A DNA stretch of 64,000 nt from assembly GCA_964016885.1 (NCBI GenBank), contig OZ024741.1, positions 91,264,001 through 91,328,000 on the forward strand, given 5' to 3'. A program made the position numbers and the translations under genes. This DNA comes from Eledone cirrhosa. Lineage: Eukaryota. Of the stretch, positions 1 to 12,950 are shown piece by piece (within the stretch, counting starts at the first letter, position 1; the number at the start of each line of letters is the position of its first letter). Under the pieces are notes generated by a model that was not told the origin of the DNA, ran no database searches, and saw only the letters and a program-made list of their open reading frames with translations.

Positions 1-171
1 CACTGGGAATCAGATTCATGTTTTAGTCGATCATATTGACTCCAGTATTCATTTCTCCCTGTTAGCTATATCATCAGTCTAGTTTCATAAATGACATCCT
101 AATCATATCAAATCAGATTTCAATTATAGAATCTGTTTTGTATGAATCTCTAGTCCAATTAGGAGCTACAT

Positions 172-400
172 TGTATGGCTTTGTTCTTATGGGGTTCGGT
201 TCGTGATCGTAAAATCGTGAGTTCCTGGTCTAACGGCGCATTTAATCCTTAAGCAAGGCATTTGCCAATGTATCGCGCTGACTCTCCCTGATAATTGCGT
301 TATCTTAGGAATACTCACCCACTTGTACATTAATTTCATGATCAAGCAGTTCTGTTATTCAAACAACTGGAACACTCGTCGTCAATATCGACGGAGGTTC
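172..400 (+). mobile_element. tRNA-derived SINE family B, degenerate copy
   Basis: Similar to the copies at 10586 and 21826: A/B-box-like head, CCTTxAGCAAG and TTAATTTCAxG body motifs. Confidence 0.6.
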
Positions 401-2028
401 AATACATGATGCAGATAATTAGAAGTAGCGCAACTCACCGTGTTGAAATCTCGTATTTCGTATACTATCTTTAGAACTATCAGCACATTTTTGACATCCT
501 CAGATATTTACGACATCATTTATCGAAATACCAAGAGAATTTTCGAGTCGTAAACTGACATGGCTTTTGACGTTGTTATTTATTTGGTTTTCTACTTGTG
601 TTGGTTCTCACTAATTTTACTCTCTACCCCGTTCATTCCTACATAATGTCATCAACGAATGTATGAAGCTTGACGACTGTATAACTAGTATTAAATATAA
701 AAAAAATTTACGATCGTCACTCGAAATCCAATATGACTTGATAGTATGTACTATGCAGACATATGATTTGATAGTATGTACCGAGCAGACACAGACACCC
801 TCTCGACTCTCGGTGGCCGCAGTTCAAATACTGTGACTAGTAAAAGTATTAACCCTTTTAAAACGAAACCGCCTGAAAACACCAATTGTCTTACAACGGA
901 AAGCTGTTTGTTTTAACGTATTTATATTTATCTAAATATTTCCCAACATAAATTTATGCAAGAACCTTTATTAAGTTATGTTCCTAACTCTACCTTAATA
1001 ATGGTAGAGTCAGTTATATTAATAAATCTTTCCAGATTCTTGATTATTTTAAAAATGATTTCAAATAATTGGTATCGACCATATCATTCCTTACCCCCAT
1101 CAATCGGTATCGGGTCCGTTTGTCAATTAATCGGTACTCGATAATCAGACAATTTTCTTATTTGTGCAACCCTAATCTTAATTCACTGCGTTGTTAAATT
1201 CACAGATGCAAACTGCAAACAAAATGATGAAAGATTTGGGTCAGTACAAAGAGTGATAAATACAAATACTACCATGCTTGACTACAATACGTATCGGTTA
1301 AACGTAGGTATAGAAGGCTCCCTAGCTCTTGAGAGGGTCGTAAGGGCGCCGTATTGACATACAGCGTTTCTAGTGCATTTTAAAGCCTGACAGAGCCCAT
1401 TTCCTCTCTAGGTCTGAATACAACATATTTCTTCCAAAGGACAGAGAGTGAGAGAACGGAATGGATGAAAGGCAAAGTTGACCTCGGTGGGATTTGAATT
1501 CAGAGAGCAGAGAGCCGAAACGAATACCGCAAACCATTTTATTCCACGTTCTAATGACTGCCTATTCACCACCTACACCAGTTAAGTATTCAGTAGCAAA
1601 CTAATGTTATCGGAAAAAATAATTCATAAAATTAAAAGGCATTGGGGGCTGCAACAGTTTTTACATTGCAAACCTTTAGTCTCTAACTATGTGAATTGAA
1701 TTAAAGGGAAGGCTCTTAATTCCCGATGGAGTCGTAGTGACGCCATCCGGATACATGAGGTGTCATGGACATTTAAAATCTGACGGAGCCCATCCTTCTC
1801 CAGGTTGGACAGAACACAGCCGATTTCTTCCAACGAGAGAAAAAGGGATGGGTTTGGGAGTATTGATTCCAGTACTGGACTGGTACTTTATCAAAATCGA
1901 AAGGATGAAAGGTAAAGTTGATCTTGGTGGGATTTGAACTTAGGCCCAATGAGCAGTAACAAATATCTAGGTATTTCTTATCCGACATCTCAACAAACCC
2001 AATTAGCTGCCTCGTTAACCATCTAGAA

Positions 2029-2348
2029 CACAGGTTCTCACCCACCCCCCATCATGGCCACGCAATACTCTCAGCACCCCAACCCTATTACCAGAGAGAT
2101 CTGCCTACATGCAAATTGTAAATAATATATAATAGATAAAATCGCTAATTTATATATGATAAATAATATATATACTATGTATAAATAAATATATTTTATT
2201 TTACTATATTTATATATAATATGTACCATTTGATATTTAATATACTATTATATTATCCCTATTGCCCTCCCCCCCTTAGGCTCCAGCGCGCCCCTCGATC
2301 TCTCAACGCACACCCCAGGGTCGGTAGCGCCCACTTTGAGAACCTTTA
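2029..2348. mobile_element. hAT (Charlie/MER5-like) MITE
   Basis: Imperfect TIRs CACAGGTTCTCA / TGAGAACCTTTA, flanked by an exact 8-bp TSD ATCTAGAA (2021-2028 and 2349-2356). Confidence 0.8.
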
Positions 2349-4844
2349 ATCTAGAAGTGACAAAGAATAAATGTTTCGGGGCCTATTTCACATTTAATTG
2401 ATGTAACATTAGCTAAAAATCACCCAGTTCAATGAAAATTTATTGACCTGATCACAGAAACACTCGGTGCACAAATGGCCTGTTATGAACCATCCATCAG
2501 CCTGTTGACAATCTACTCTAATATTGACGTGACTACGACTCACGATAATATACAATCAAAGAATTTTTAACTCTTAGTTTTAATCCTATATCACAGTTCT
2601 GTTCCTATCTGGAATGCTTTATATCAATATTAAATCGACTACACTACGCAAATTCGCAGGATTTGAACTTATAAATTAAAGGTCATTGCTAAAACACTGC
2701 AAGATATTTTGTTCGATGCTCTAACAATTCTGCCAAAGAACCGTCTCTTTTCTGGAAATAAAAAACAATTCCCATTCTACACAGTACACAATGTACTTTT
2801 ATCAACTTCTCAAGTCAATGTTTAACCTAGTAACACTGAAAAACAGCCGTTCTAATAATTTCAAACAAACCATACCTGAGAAGATTTTACTGAATTAAAA
2901 ATTTCCAGTTTTTATCCTTAAAATAAATCGCTTCTCTCCTTCTGTCCCTCCTCTCCTGTTCACCTCTACCTCTTCTAAAATGTGTGACCTTGCACCGATG
3001 TTAGGAATTATTATGAACATTACAACATGCGCTTGAGATGACACAGAACAATGGATTCGGCAAGACAACATAAAAGAAAATGTTTTGTGTTTTTCTTTCA
3101 GAAATGATATTTATAAGTAGGGGAGTATGAAACAATATGTTTGGAACGTTATATTAATTATGTCTTAACACAGAACTTTTATTAAAAAAACATGGTAACC
3201 TATATAGATAAACGATGAGAATCATGTCACGCGTTTGTCAGTTACAGTCAACTCATAACTCGGTTGTTTTTATTACGTAATTCTGTTAAGAGAAGCAACG
3301 CTAACAGATGCCAGAAAGTGTGATCTGTAACCCCCATTTCACTATAAGCATTACAATTTCTGTTGAGGAAAATAAGGTACTATCGTTACTATTAAAAAAA
3401 AAGTTACAATCATTCTTAAGAGGGCAGTAGATGGTAGATTTGAATGAAGACCAAACAAAAAACGTTGCAGTATTTGACGGTATCTATTTATGTTTTGATT
3501 TCAATCCCCACCGTTGAAATAATTAAGTGCTGGTGAAGTGATGCAAGGTTTATTTTAAGGAAATTTTAGAACTGCACGAATCTTTGAAGCAGGTGCTATG
3601 ATCTAGTGCTTGATATTCTCCGAGTCTGAAAATCATTTGTAATGGTTAGTTTTAACATTTTCCGAGTGTGTTCAATCTTTTAACCATCATTAACCATGAA
3701 AGTGCATGTTTAATACAAAATGTAAACTTACTACACACATTTACATTTGTAAAATTACTACACAAGCAGAGCTCAAATACATGTAAAAATAATAATTGAA
3801 GTAATGAGGATAAAACAATTGACTATTCTCTCCATCCACATGTATGACATTTTGCCTATGTTAGAAATTTGTAGCATTACCGAAAACTTTTCTTTTTTAT
3901 TTGTTTAACCGTGGACACAACATAACCGAATAGTTAAGAAGTTCGCTTGGCAATAATTAGGCCTCACTTTCGATCTCACTACGTGATATTTCAGTCAAGC
4001 ATCATTTACAATAGCCTTGTGAGTGAAACAGAGTAAACGGAAAATATTTGGAAGCCCGTCGAATGGACTGTATCTGTAATTGAAAAAAGTCAGTCACACT
4101 CTGTAACAGTGAATCTTCTTAAGAATTAAGTTAAGGGTACACACGTATGTAGAATGCTCAGATACTTACACGTTAATTTCATGAGCAAGCAGTTCCGTTG
4201 ATCGATCAGCTTTCTATTTATGGTTACAACATCAATTAATTCTCCTTGCAGTTTTCCACATAACATTGTGTGGGGTAAAAGAAGAGTGTTCTTCTAATGA
4301 AAGAAGGTGTAATACAAGAAAAAAGGTACACAAGAAAAACGAAATTAGTCTCTGGTACTATTTGTTCCAATGTAAATATTACCAGCCTGAAAGAAAGGAC
4401 ATCAAAAGGCTTGTATTTAAAAAAATACTGATCTACCAATTATAAACATGATCTTTCGGTAATGGATGCTACGAAAAATTCACCACTTGCTTTATAGTTG
4501 TTTATGTTTTTCAACGCTTTTTCTTATTTATGCTTTTTTACTTCTTGTTTTCCTTCTCATTCTTTTCTTTTTCTCTCTGTCTCGATTTTTTTCCTTAATC
4601 CTAAAAGGTATTAAATCCCTCTCTTAGTCTGTTATAAATCATTAGCTCTATACGGACGTTTAAATTGATTAAATAAACAATGGTTTCAAATTTAGGCACA
4701 GTACTTAACTGACACAGAAGAATGAAAGTCAAAGTTAATCTCAACGGGATTTGAACTCTGAACGGAAACTAGATGCCACAAAACATTTTATCCGACACTC
4801 TAACAATTCTGCCAATCCACCACCCTAATTAAATAAACTATAAT

Positions 4845-5062
4845 AGTTTCTGATTTAGGCACAAGGCCAACAATTTCTGGGGAGAGGAAAGTCGATTAAA
4901 TTTACCCCATTGCATTACTGAGGCTTTAATTATATCGACCTGTAAGGATGAAAGGAAAAGCTAATCTTAGCGGGATTTGAACTTTAGAACGTACAGAGCC
5001 ATAACTACATGCCACAAAGCATTTTATTCGACGCGCTAACGATTCTGCCACAATACCACCAT
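4845..5062 (-). mobile_element. tRNA-derived SINE family A (about 20 further copies in the window, e.g. 1440, 1855, 4680, 6480, 7255, 7480, 25310, 26010, 26417, 30575, 33030, 49425, 52545, 63520)
   Basis: Recurrent core GAGTTCAAATCCC (B box)-GAGGTYAACTTTGCCTTTCATCCTT-GGGGTCGATAAAATAAAGTACCAG-GCTGGCCTTGTGCC. Confidence 0.8.
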
Positions 5063-6167
5063 AATTAAAGGAATAAATATATAGATCTCGGAATGCAAGC
5101 GAACGTGCCGAAAGTTCAAAATGGGGTAGTGTGCTGAGGAACAAACCTAAAGGTTCGGTTCACACCGGAGAAATAGGGACAAGAAACTAGTGTTTGAGTG
5201 TTTCATTAAATTTGAAATTGATGATAGACAACACTTCCACTATTTATAGTGGTGTGCTAAGGCAGTCGATTTAACAGAGTCATTACAGTGTTGGTTATTT
5301 GTTGCGGGCCTCTGTGTTTTGACTTCTAATTTCACCGTAGTCCTCTTCTACTTTGCCTTTTATCATTTCGATGTTGCTAATGAAAGTACCAGACTAGTGC
5401 TGGTACAGATCTCTTTCCTTTCAGCTATCACATCCTGATGTTCCGCTCGATCAAGAGGAAATGAGTTGAAAAGATGTCAGTGTCTGCTTGCGACTGCATG
5501 GGCATCTAGAACCATTAGGAAAAGCCTAGTATATGCTACTAATTCATTCTCGATTGCTTCTTTCATCGTGGTAGTTATTAACAGCTAAATTGACTGAATT
5601 TGCTATAGCAAAGTGTGTCGACCTTTGATACGACATAAGGCCAGTGATGACTTGACTGGTAGTTCAGACCTTAATCAACTAATCTGGATGTGAAACATGT
5701 TTCAATGTGGAATACTAATAACACGCGAATAAGAAAATATTTCGAACTGCTCCCCTTCTCCCCCGGCTCTATTCTATATCTGTGAACAATTTGGTTTGTC
5801 GAAAATTTTCTAAATTGTATTAGAAGTACACACGCATATATACTGCTGCTGGTGTAGATGATAATGATTGTGATGAGGATGGATCCTCCATCGGTTTCGA
5901 CAATCCATATTCAGTTGTTTGATCAACTGAACGTCCAGTTCATGAAATAACGTGCATTTTTAACGTAACTCCCAAGCCAAATCAATACGACACTCTATGT
6001 GACAAGGATGGATACATAAATTCTAGGTATATTCTACGCGACGAGGTTCCGTCAAGCCAATTTCACTCGTAAGGTTTAGGGCGATCCAAGGTTAAGCTAA
6101 AGACACAACCAAACTATCATGCATTGGGATTGAACAGAAGATCTTATACTTGTGAAGTTAACTTCTT

Positions 6168-6287
<120 letters not shown>

Positions 6288-7694
6288 TGAGGAAGCAGCA
6301 TCAGGATTTAACAAGATCGTATTTTATTAACTCTGGTGAGATTTAAATTCAGACCATTATTGAAAGTAATTACACGCTGGGGAAACATGTTTTATATTCT
6401 ACTGTCTCTGTCTTAACTGCTCAATCAGCTATTGCAATAATTTCTTATATGAACACAGGCTTGCACGTTTTTATTAACCAGTTAATTGGCTGAGTCGTTA
6501 GAACGTCGAATAGAATGCTTTACGGCATTCGTTCCGACACTGTGCTCCATGTTCAAATCCCATTGTCTTTCATTCTTCCGGGGTTGACAAAGTACCAGTT
6601 CAATTTTGGGTCTATTCGTTCACTATATCTCCTCAATATATCCTTTCTCTCTCTTTCTATATATATATACATTCTTTTTTTTTGTCTATCGTTATTTTCT
6701 TGTATGTTTAATTTGTGCCATCGGTCGGTTTTCTTGGTGTCACATTTTATAACTTAATGTTTGTTTCTAACTTTCAATCTATTGAGTGCTTTGTGATTGC
6801 CTTAAACAAATCGAATAGAACTTGCTGTACTGTAGCTAAAATTTGATTTACAAATATATATATCTATAAGCAAGTGAATAAATGAAGGAGTCGTTATCCG
6901 TTATAACAAATTATTTATACCATTCTTACATGATGTTTCATATATATATATATAGCAATATCCTTCTTCCCTCTATATACTTCTCCTGAAGAAATACGCT
7001 ATGTTCAGATTTGGTGAAGATGGGCTCGCCACGTTTATATGCTAAAGACACACCGTATGACCTCCTCCCCCCATGTATCAGAATTTCGGTCCCCTCAGTA
7101 ATCACGATTTTATATTCGATTGAATCAACCCTGGTACGCCTTTTATCGACTCGTAAATGTTGACCTTAAGCTCAGAATGTAGAAGTAGCTAATTGAATAC
7201 TACAATATTTAGATCGACCCTGTATCAATATATCTACTGTTGTAATGACTATAACAATTTTTGATTTAGATACAAGGCCAGCGATATGTAGGGTGTTGAG
7301 AGCCAATTCAATCTACTCCAGTACTTAACTAGTACTTTATTGTATCCTCGGAAGGATAAAAGGCAAAGTTGACCTCTGTGGGATTTGAACGTAAAGTGTC
7401 GTAACTAAGTGCCGCAAAGCATTTTATCCAACGTTCTACCGATGTTGCCAATCCACTACCAGTCCAATGACTACAATAATGGTTTCTAATATAGGCAAAA
7501 GGCCAGCAATATGGGGATGAGGGGAAATTCATTAAATCGACTCCAGTACGTAACTGGTAATTTATTTTATCGATCTCAGAAGGATGAAAGGCAAAGTTGG
7601 CATTGGCAGGATTTGAACTTAGAACATAAAAGTTGTTACTAAATACCGTAATTTTACTAGTCTTAACAATAATTATTTCTTTATTGGCCATAAT

Positions 7695-10527
7695 GATGTC
7701 TATGAATTTGTAAATGGGGGACATTTTAAAGTTTGGATGTTGGTTAGGTGTACAATTGGCGATATGTTCACTAAAAGCAATCTTTCTGTATTCCTGTATT
7801 TTGATTTGTGATCTATGGACGGTCATACGTTGTCGGAGGCTGTTTTTTGTCTGTCCTATGTAGTGCTCTTGACAATCTGAGCAGGTCAAAACATAGATTA
7901 GGTTTTCAGATGCACATGTAAAGTTGTGTTTAACTGTGAAATGTTGTCCTTGTTTAAAATGGAATTTTGAACCTTCTATTAGATTTATGTATATGCCACA
8001 GTTGGGCCTTCCGCATTTTTTTACTGTAGGGTTCATTGTGAGGGTTGGTTGGATTTTTGGCTTGTGTGAGGATGTTTTTTATGGATTTAGATTGTCTTTT
8101 GCTCTTTATGATGTTGTGTGTTTGGAGGATTTTGTTCATTCTTGGGTCTCTTTTTAGTAAAGGAATCTTCTGGAGAATGGTGTCGAGGGGATTGTGTTGA
8201 GGGGGTTGTGTGTGGAGATGTATGGTAGAGTTTTCTGTTGCAGTTCATTCTTGGGTTTGGGGTGTCTGAGTTCCTGGATGTTGAGTATTAGGGCACGTTG
8301 GAGTCCATTGTTGATTGGGGATGGTGGGTAGTTCCTGCTGATAAGTGTGTTCTTTAATTCTTCTAGTCGTGTGTAGCATGTGTATTTATCTGAAACTATT
8401 GTGCAGATCCTTCTGGCTAGGTTATAAGGAATTGCCATTTTGGTATGGCGAGGGTGGCACGAGTTAAATGGAAGATTTGTTTGGAGTCTGTGGGTTTGTA
8501 GTATATGTCTGTTTCTATTTTGTTGATTGTTTTCTTGATGAGGATGTCGAGGAAAGGGAGTTGTTCATGGCTGTAATTCATTGTAAATTGTAAGTTTGTG
8601 TTGAGTCCATTTAGAAGGGTTTTAAACTCAATCAGTCTTTCTATACTTTCATGCCAGAGGATGAAACAGTCGTCCAGATATCTCTTCCAGTTTTTTTCTG
8701 TGTAGGTAGAAGTGGTTACCGTATTTGTCTAGAACTTTGCGGGGGAGGGTGGTTTCCAAATATCTCATGACAAGGTTGGCGTATGAGGGGGCTACTTTCG
8801 TGTCTATGGCAGTTCCAGATTTCTGTCTGTAGTATTTGGCATCGAATTCGAAGAAGTTGTTTTCCAAGATGAATTTGAGTCCCTCCAACACAAATTCTTT
8901 AGGGATGCGCTGTGGAAGTTCACTAGGGGAATTTTCAAGCCAGAATTGTATTGCCTCTATATCTAGGCTGTGTGGGATATTGGAATATAGATTGATGACA
9001 TCAAAGGTTACTAGTAAGGTATGTTCATTATTAAGTGTTGTTGGGAGGTGGTTGAGCATGTCAAGGTCGTCCGTTATGAAGCTTTTTATGTGTTTTAGGA
9101 AAGGTTTAAGCAGAATATTTAGGAAGTTGCTTAGGCGGTGGGTTTCACATGTGGTACCTGCTATTATGGTCTTAATTTAAGGTCATCGGGAGGGGGTATA
9201 TTGATGTAAATGTCTGTGGCTTGCTTGCAGGCCCTGCCTATTACTTCGCTTTTGTGTGTTTTGGGGATACCGTAGAAGAGGCTGGTTCTGCTTTTGAAAT
9301 TGGTGATGTAGTTGTATTCCTTGTCGGTAAGGCCTTCTTTGTAAAGGGTTGTTAGGGATTTTAGGTTTCTTATTATTTTCTGTTGTGTGTAGTGTTGGGC
9401 CTTTTCGTAATATGTTTGGTTTTCTAGAGTTGAGAGTACTAGAGTCGTGTAGTAATATGTCCTCATAAGGGTTACTGCACTCCCTTTATCCGCCTCTTTG
9501 ATTGTTAGGGTTTTGTCATTCTTTAGACTGTTAAGACCATTCTATTCTTTTTTGCTTAGGTTTAGTTTTTGTTTATGTCTGTGTAGGTGGTGGTATGGGT
9601 AATTAGCAATGTGTTCGCAGAATTGATCGAGGAATTTGTTCTTGCCTTTTGGTGGGGTGTAGTTGCTTCTATTTCTGGCTATTGAGTCATCCCCATTGTA
9701 TTTGTCGTATAGTTGCTCGCTGAGTCTTAGTTTTCTACAGAATTCTGCAATATCTTGCTTCATTTCGGGGTAGTTTGGTCGTTGGGGAGTTGGTGTAAAT
9801 TTCAGACCTTTGGAGAGTAAGTTGATTTGGTCTATTGTTAATCCTTTAGAGGTTAAATTAACGATTTTTATTACATTTTGTGTCTCCTGTGTGTTTTGTG
9901 TTATCTTGTTACCCTGTCTGTGTGCTGTGTCTAAAAAATGACTGCGGGAGTTGTGGTGGTTGTTGAAGTTTGGATGTCTCTTATGGTTGTATTGGCCCCT
10001 GCTGTTGTTGTTAGAGGGTGTGTAGCTGTGGTGGTTGTTGAAGTTAGGTTGTATCGTGTGGTTGTATTGAGCCCTGCTGTTGTTGTTGTAGGGTGTGTAG
10101 ATTTGACGGACGTGGTTATAGGGTGTGTAGTTGTATCGTATGGTTGTATTGAGCCCTGCTGTTGTTGTAGGGTGTGTAGGCTTGGTGGTAGTTGTAGTAG
10201 GGTTGTCATATTGAGTCCTGTTGTTGCTGTTATATGGTGTGTAGCTATGGTGGTTGTAGTGGTTAGGGTGTCTCGTGTGGTTGTATTGTCCCCTGCTGGT
10301 GTTGTTGTAGTAGGATGTGGTTAGTGTAGGGGGGTAGATTAGGATTTCCTTATAGTTGGTGTGTGGTTGTGAGACCCTATGTGGCTTGTGTGGTAGTTGT
10401 GTGTTTTGCGTTCTATGTTGAAAGTAATGATGGTTGTGGGTTTATTGTGTGGGGATGTTAGGGGGGGTTGTAAGTGTGGGGTATTCTATGGTTTCTCCTG
10501 GTGGGAGAGAAGTTGTAGTGTCTATCT

Positions 10528-10530
<3 letters not shown>
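7695..10530 (-). mobile_element. Penelope-like retroelement (Neptune-like), degenerate RT + GIY-YIG endonuclease
   Basis: Fragmented minus-strand ORFs: LVTFDVINLYSNIPH, YRQKSGTAIDTKVAPSYANL, WKRYLDDCF (~8650-8690), Cys linker KKCGRPNC and GIY-YIG CASENLIYVLTCSDCQEHYIGQT..LRQRMTVH. Several frameshifts; 3' end cut off next to SINEs. Confidence 0.88.
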
Positions 10531-10563
<33 letters not shown>

Positions 10564-10585
10564 TCTGTGTGCGTTTGTGTGAAAC

Positions 10586-10836
10586 CGCGTGGCTTAATGG
10601 TTGGAGGTTTCAGGTGGCGATCTTAAGGACCTGAGTTTGATCCTGGCGGCGCGTTGTGTCATTGAGCAAAATACTTTATTTCATTTTGTTCTAGTTCAAG
10701 AGTGCTTGTTATTAAAAGGTCTGGCCTTGTTACACTCTGTTACGCTGAATCTCTCTGAGAATTATGTTAAAAGTACACGTGTATGTGGAATGCTCAGCTA
10801 CTTGCATGATAATTTCATGAGCGGGCTGTCCCATTG
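10586..10836 (+). mobile_element. tRNA-derived SINE family B
   Basis: GCGTGGCTTAATGGTT (A box), GAGTTTGATCC (B box), body shared with the copy at 21826. Confidence 0.75.
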
Positions 10837-10920
10837 TTTCAATATATATATTTACACACACACACACACATACATACATCATACATATATACAACGACGA
10901 GTGTATATATTGCATATACG

Positions 10921-11076
10921 CGGCGAATTGGTATATTCGTTACAACGTCGGATCGAATGCTTTACGGTATTCGTTCCGGCTCTCTGCTCTCCATGTTCAA
11001 CTCCCGCCAGTGTCAACTTGACCTTTCGTCTTTCGAGGTCGATAAAATATGTACCAGTCTAGTATTGGGGTCGATT
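10921..11076 (+). mobile_element. SINE family A
   Basis: GGCGAATTGG head, GTTCAACTCCCGCC, GGTCGATAAAAT..GTACCAG. Confidence 0.7.
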
Positions 11077-11780
11077 CTTCCTCTATATCTTTCTCATTTC
11101 TTCTCTCTCACTTTTTATCTTTCTCTAGAAGAAATCTGCTGTACTCAGTCGTAATATAAAAATGGCTTCTACAGGACTAGAACAGTTTCATCGAAATAAA
11201 TCATCCTGATGATTTCCTTCGAAATGTATGTATATGTATATATGTATGTATATATATAGTTATACTTGGGGAGGGTCATATTTGTGTAATATTGCCAGAA
11301 TTAATAACAGAACACACTCACTGTTTGGTTGGTTTTCGCTTCTCGCTGTCTTTTATATCTGCGATCTAACTTAATCGGTCCTCAATGTTGCCATTGACTG
11401 ACCGACGGTCAAAAATAATACAGATACAATATAGACACAAACACATATATATAGTTTACATAATTTACATAAATCTTTCGTTGCACATCTGCAACATCGT
11501 CAGTGGTGTTATATTTTTTCCTCCTGTTGTGTTGTATGTCTACGCCATCTTTTATTCAGTCTGTCTATATATTTATTTATTTATTTATTTGCTTGTTTGT
11601 TTATTTTATTTTGTCTTCTTTGCGCATGCGTTTGCGTGTGTGTATAGTGTTACGTTTGCTGTGTGACTAGTGTGTATAGTGTTGTGTCTGCTGGGTGACT
11701 AGTGTGTGTTTATGTGCTTGTTGTTATTGTGCTTGTGTATGTATTTATTTATCTTATTTTATTTTATTTTATTTACTTAT

Positions 11781-12840
11781 TTATACTTCTCTTAGGTTAG
11801 TGTTGTTTGTTTGGGTGTTGTTGTTGTTCCACTCATTCTTTCTGTTTAGCTTTGGTCTTCTAATTTCTATTTCACTGGCCTCTCTGATTTGCCTATCTGC
11901 TGGGTCATTCCTATGTTTAGATATTATTCTAATTTCTATGTTGTCTATGTTACCGTCATGTTGTTGTCTAGCATGTTCGTATAGTACTGACCCGTTTTTT
12001 CGTCCTTTTAGTTCCCCCCAGTGTTGGTCTATCCTTTCACCTATGCTACGAGCTGTTTCGCCTATGTATGTTGTTGTCATGTTTCTGCAAGTACCCTCTG
12101 TACATCTTATGCTATAGACTACGTTTCTAGTTTTACAGTTTATCCGGGGGTTCACCTTACATATGATACATTTCCTATTGGTACAGTGGGTTTTCTTAAA
12201 GGGGTAGGTTTTGCTGATCAGGGATTTTATGGTGGTTCCTGGCTTTTCTACTACCTTTATTTTTAAGTGGGTCTTTCACAGGGCCTTTCTACACTGGTTA
12301 GCTAATTTCCCTCCAGGGGTGGCGTCCACAAACATGACACTCTGATATCTCTGGTTGTCGTACCATGATGTGGCCTTCCCTATCTTATGTCTAGCCCTAT
12401 CTAAGCTATTCAATGATTTGCTCCTGTATAATGGGAAAATTCCTTTCATGTCCAGTTCTATGAGGGTCTTATACTTTTCCATGGCTCCTTTGTATACTCT
12501 GACTCTGTCTCTTTGGTTGTAGCCAGAGAACTGCATGCGGTTGATGAAGTGTTGGATGTGTCTTTCCATTTCTGTTGGGTCGCACATGCTGGACACATTC
12601 TTCATCACTCGTACCAAATCTGCGATCAGAATATTAAACTTAGCACTACTGGACATTGCTGAGTTTTTGAGTATCAGGTATTTAGAGGCCATGGGTTTAG
12701 CATAGTGTGAGTGGAGAATTTGGGCTCTCTCGTCTATAGTGTTAATCCAGAGTTCTGTGTCTAATACAGGTAGTCTATTGTTAGGATGTTTGGAAGGGAA
12801 GTCGATAGTTACAGTTATACTCTGGTGTATGGAATTAGCT
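11781..12840 (-). pseudogene. Inverted partial copy of the PLE thumb + GIY-YIG coding region
   Basis: ORFs 12276-12692 and 11781-12155 match the plus-strand copy; one in-frame TGA lies between them. Confidence 0.9.
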
Positions 12841-12950
12841 TGGGAGGAAACTTGGGAGGAAACCTGTAGAAGGCTTGGTTAGCCTCAAGCAGCGCACAAG
12901 GGATGGTGAGGTAGTGTGTCTACCCACAGATAAGTAAACCTGTAGAAGGC

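Noticed and set aside
12276-12278. In-frame TGA in the Naiad-like left arm as possible selenocysteine
   Set aside because: The right arm has AGA (Arg) at this site, the conserved Cys residues use Cys codons, and I could not see a SECIS
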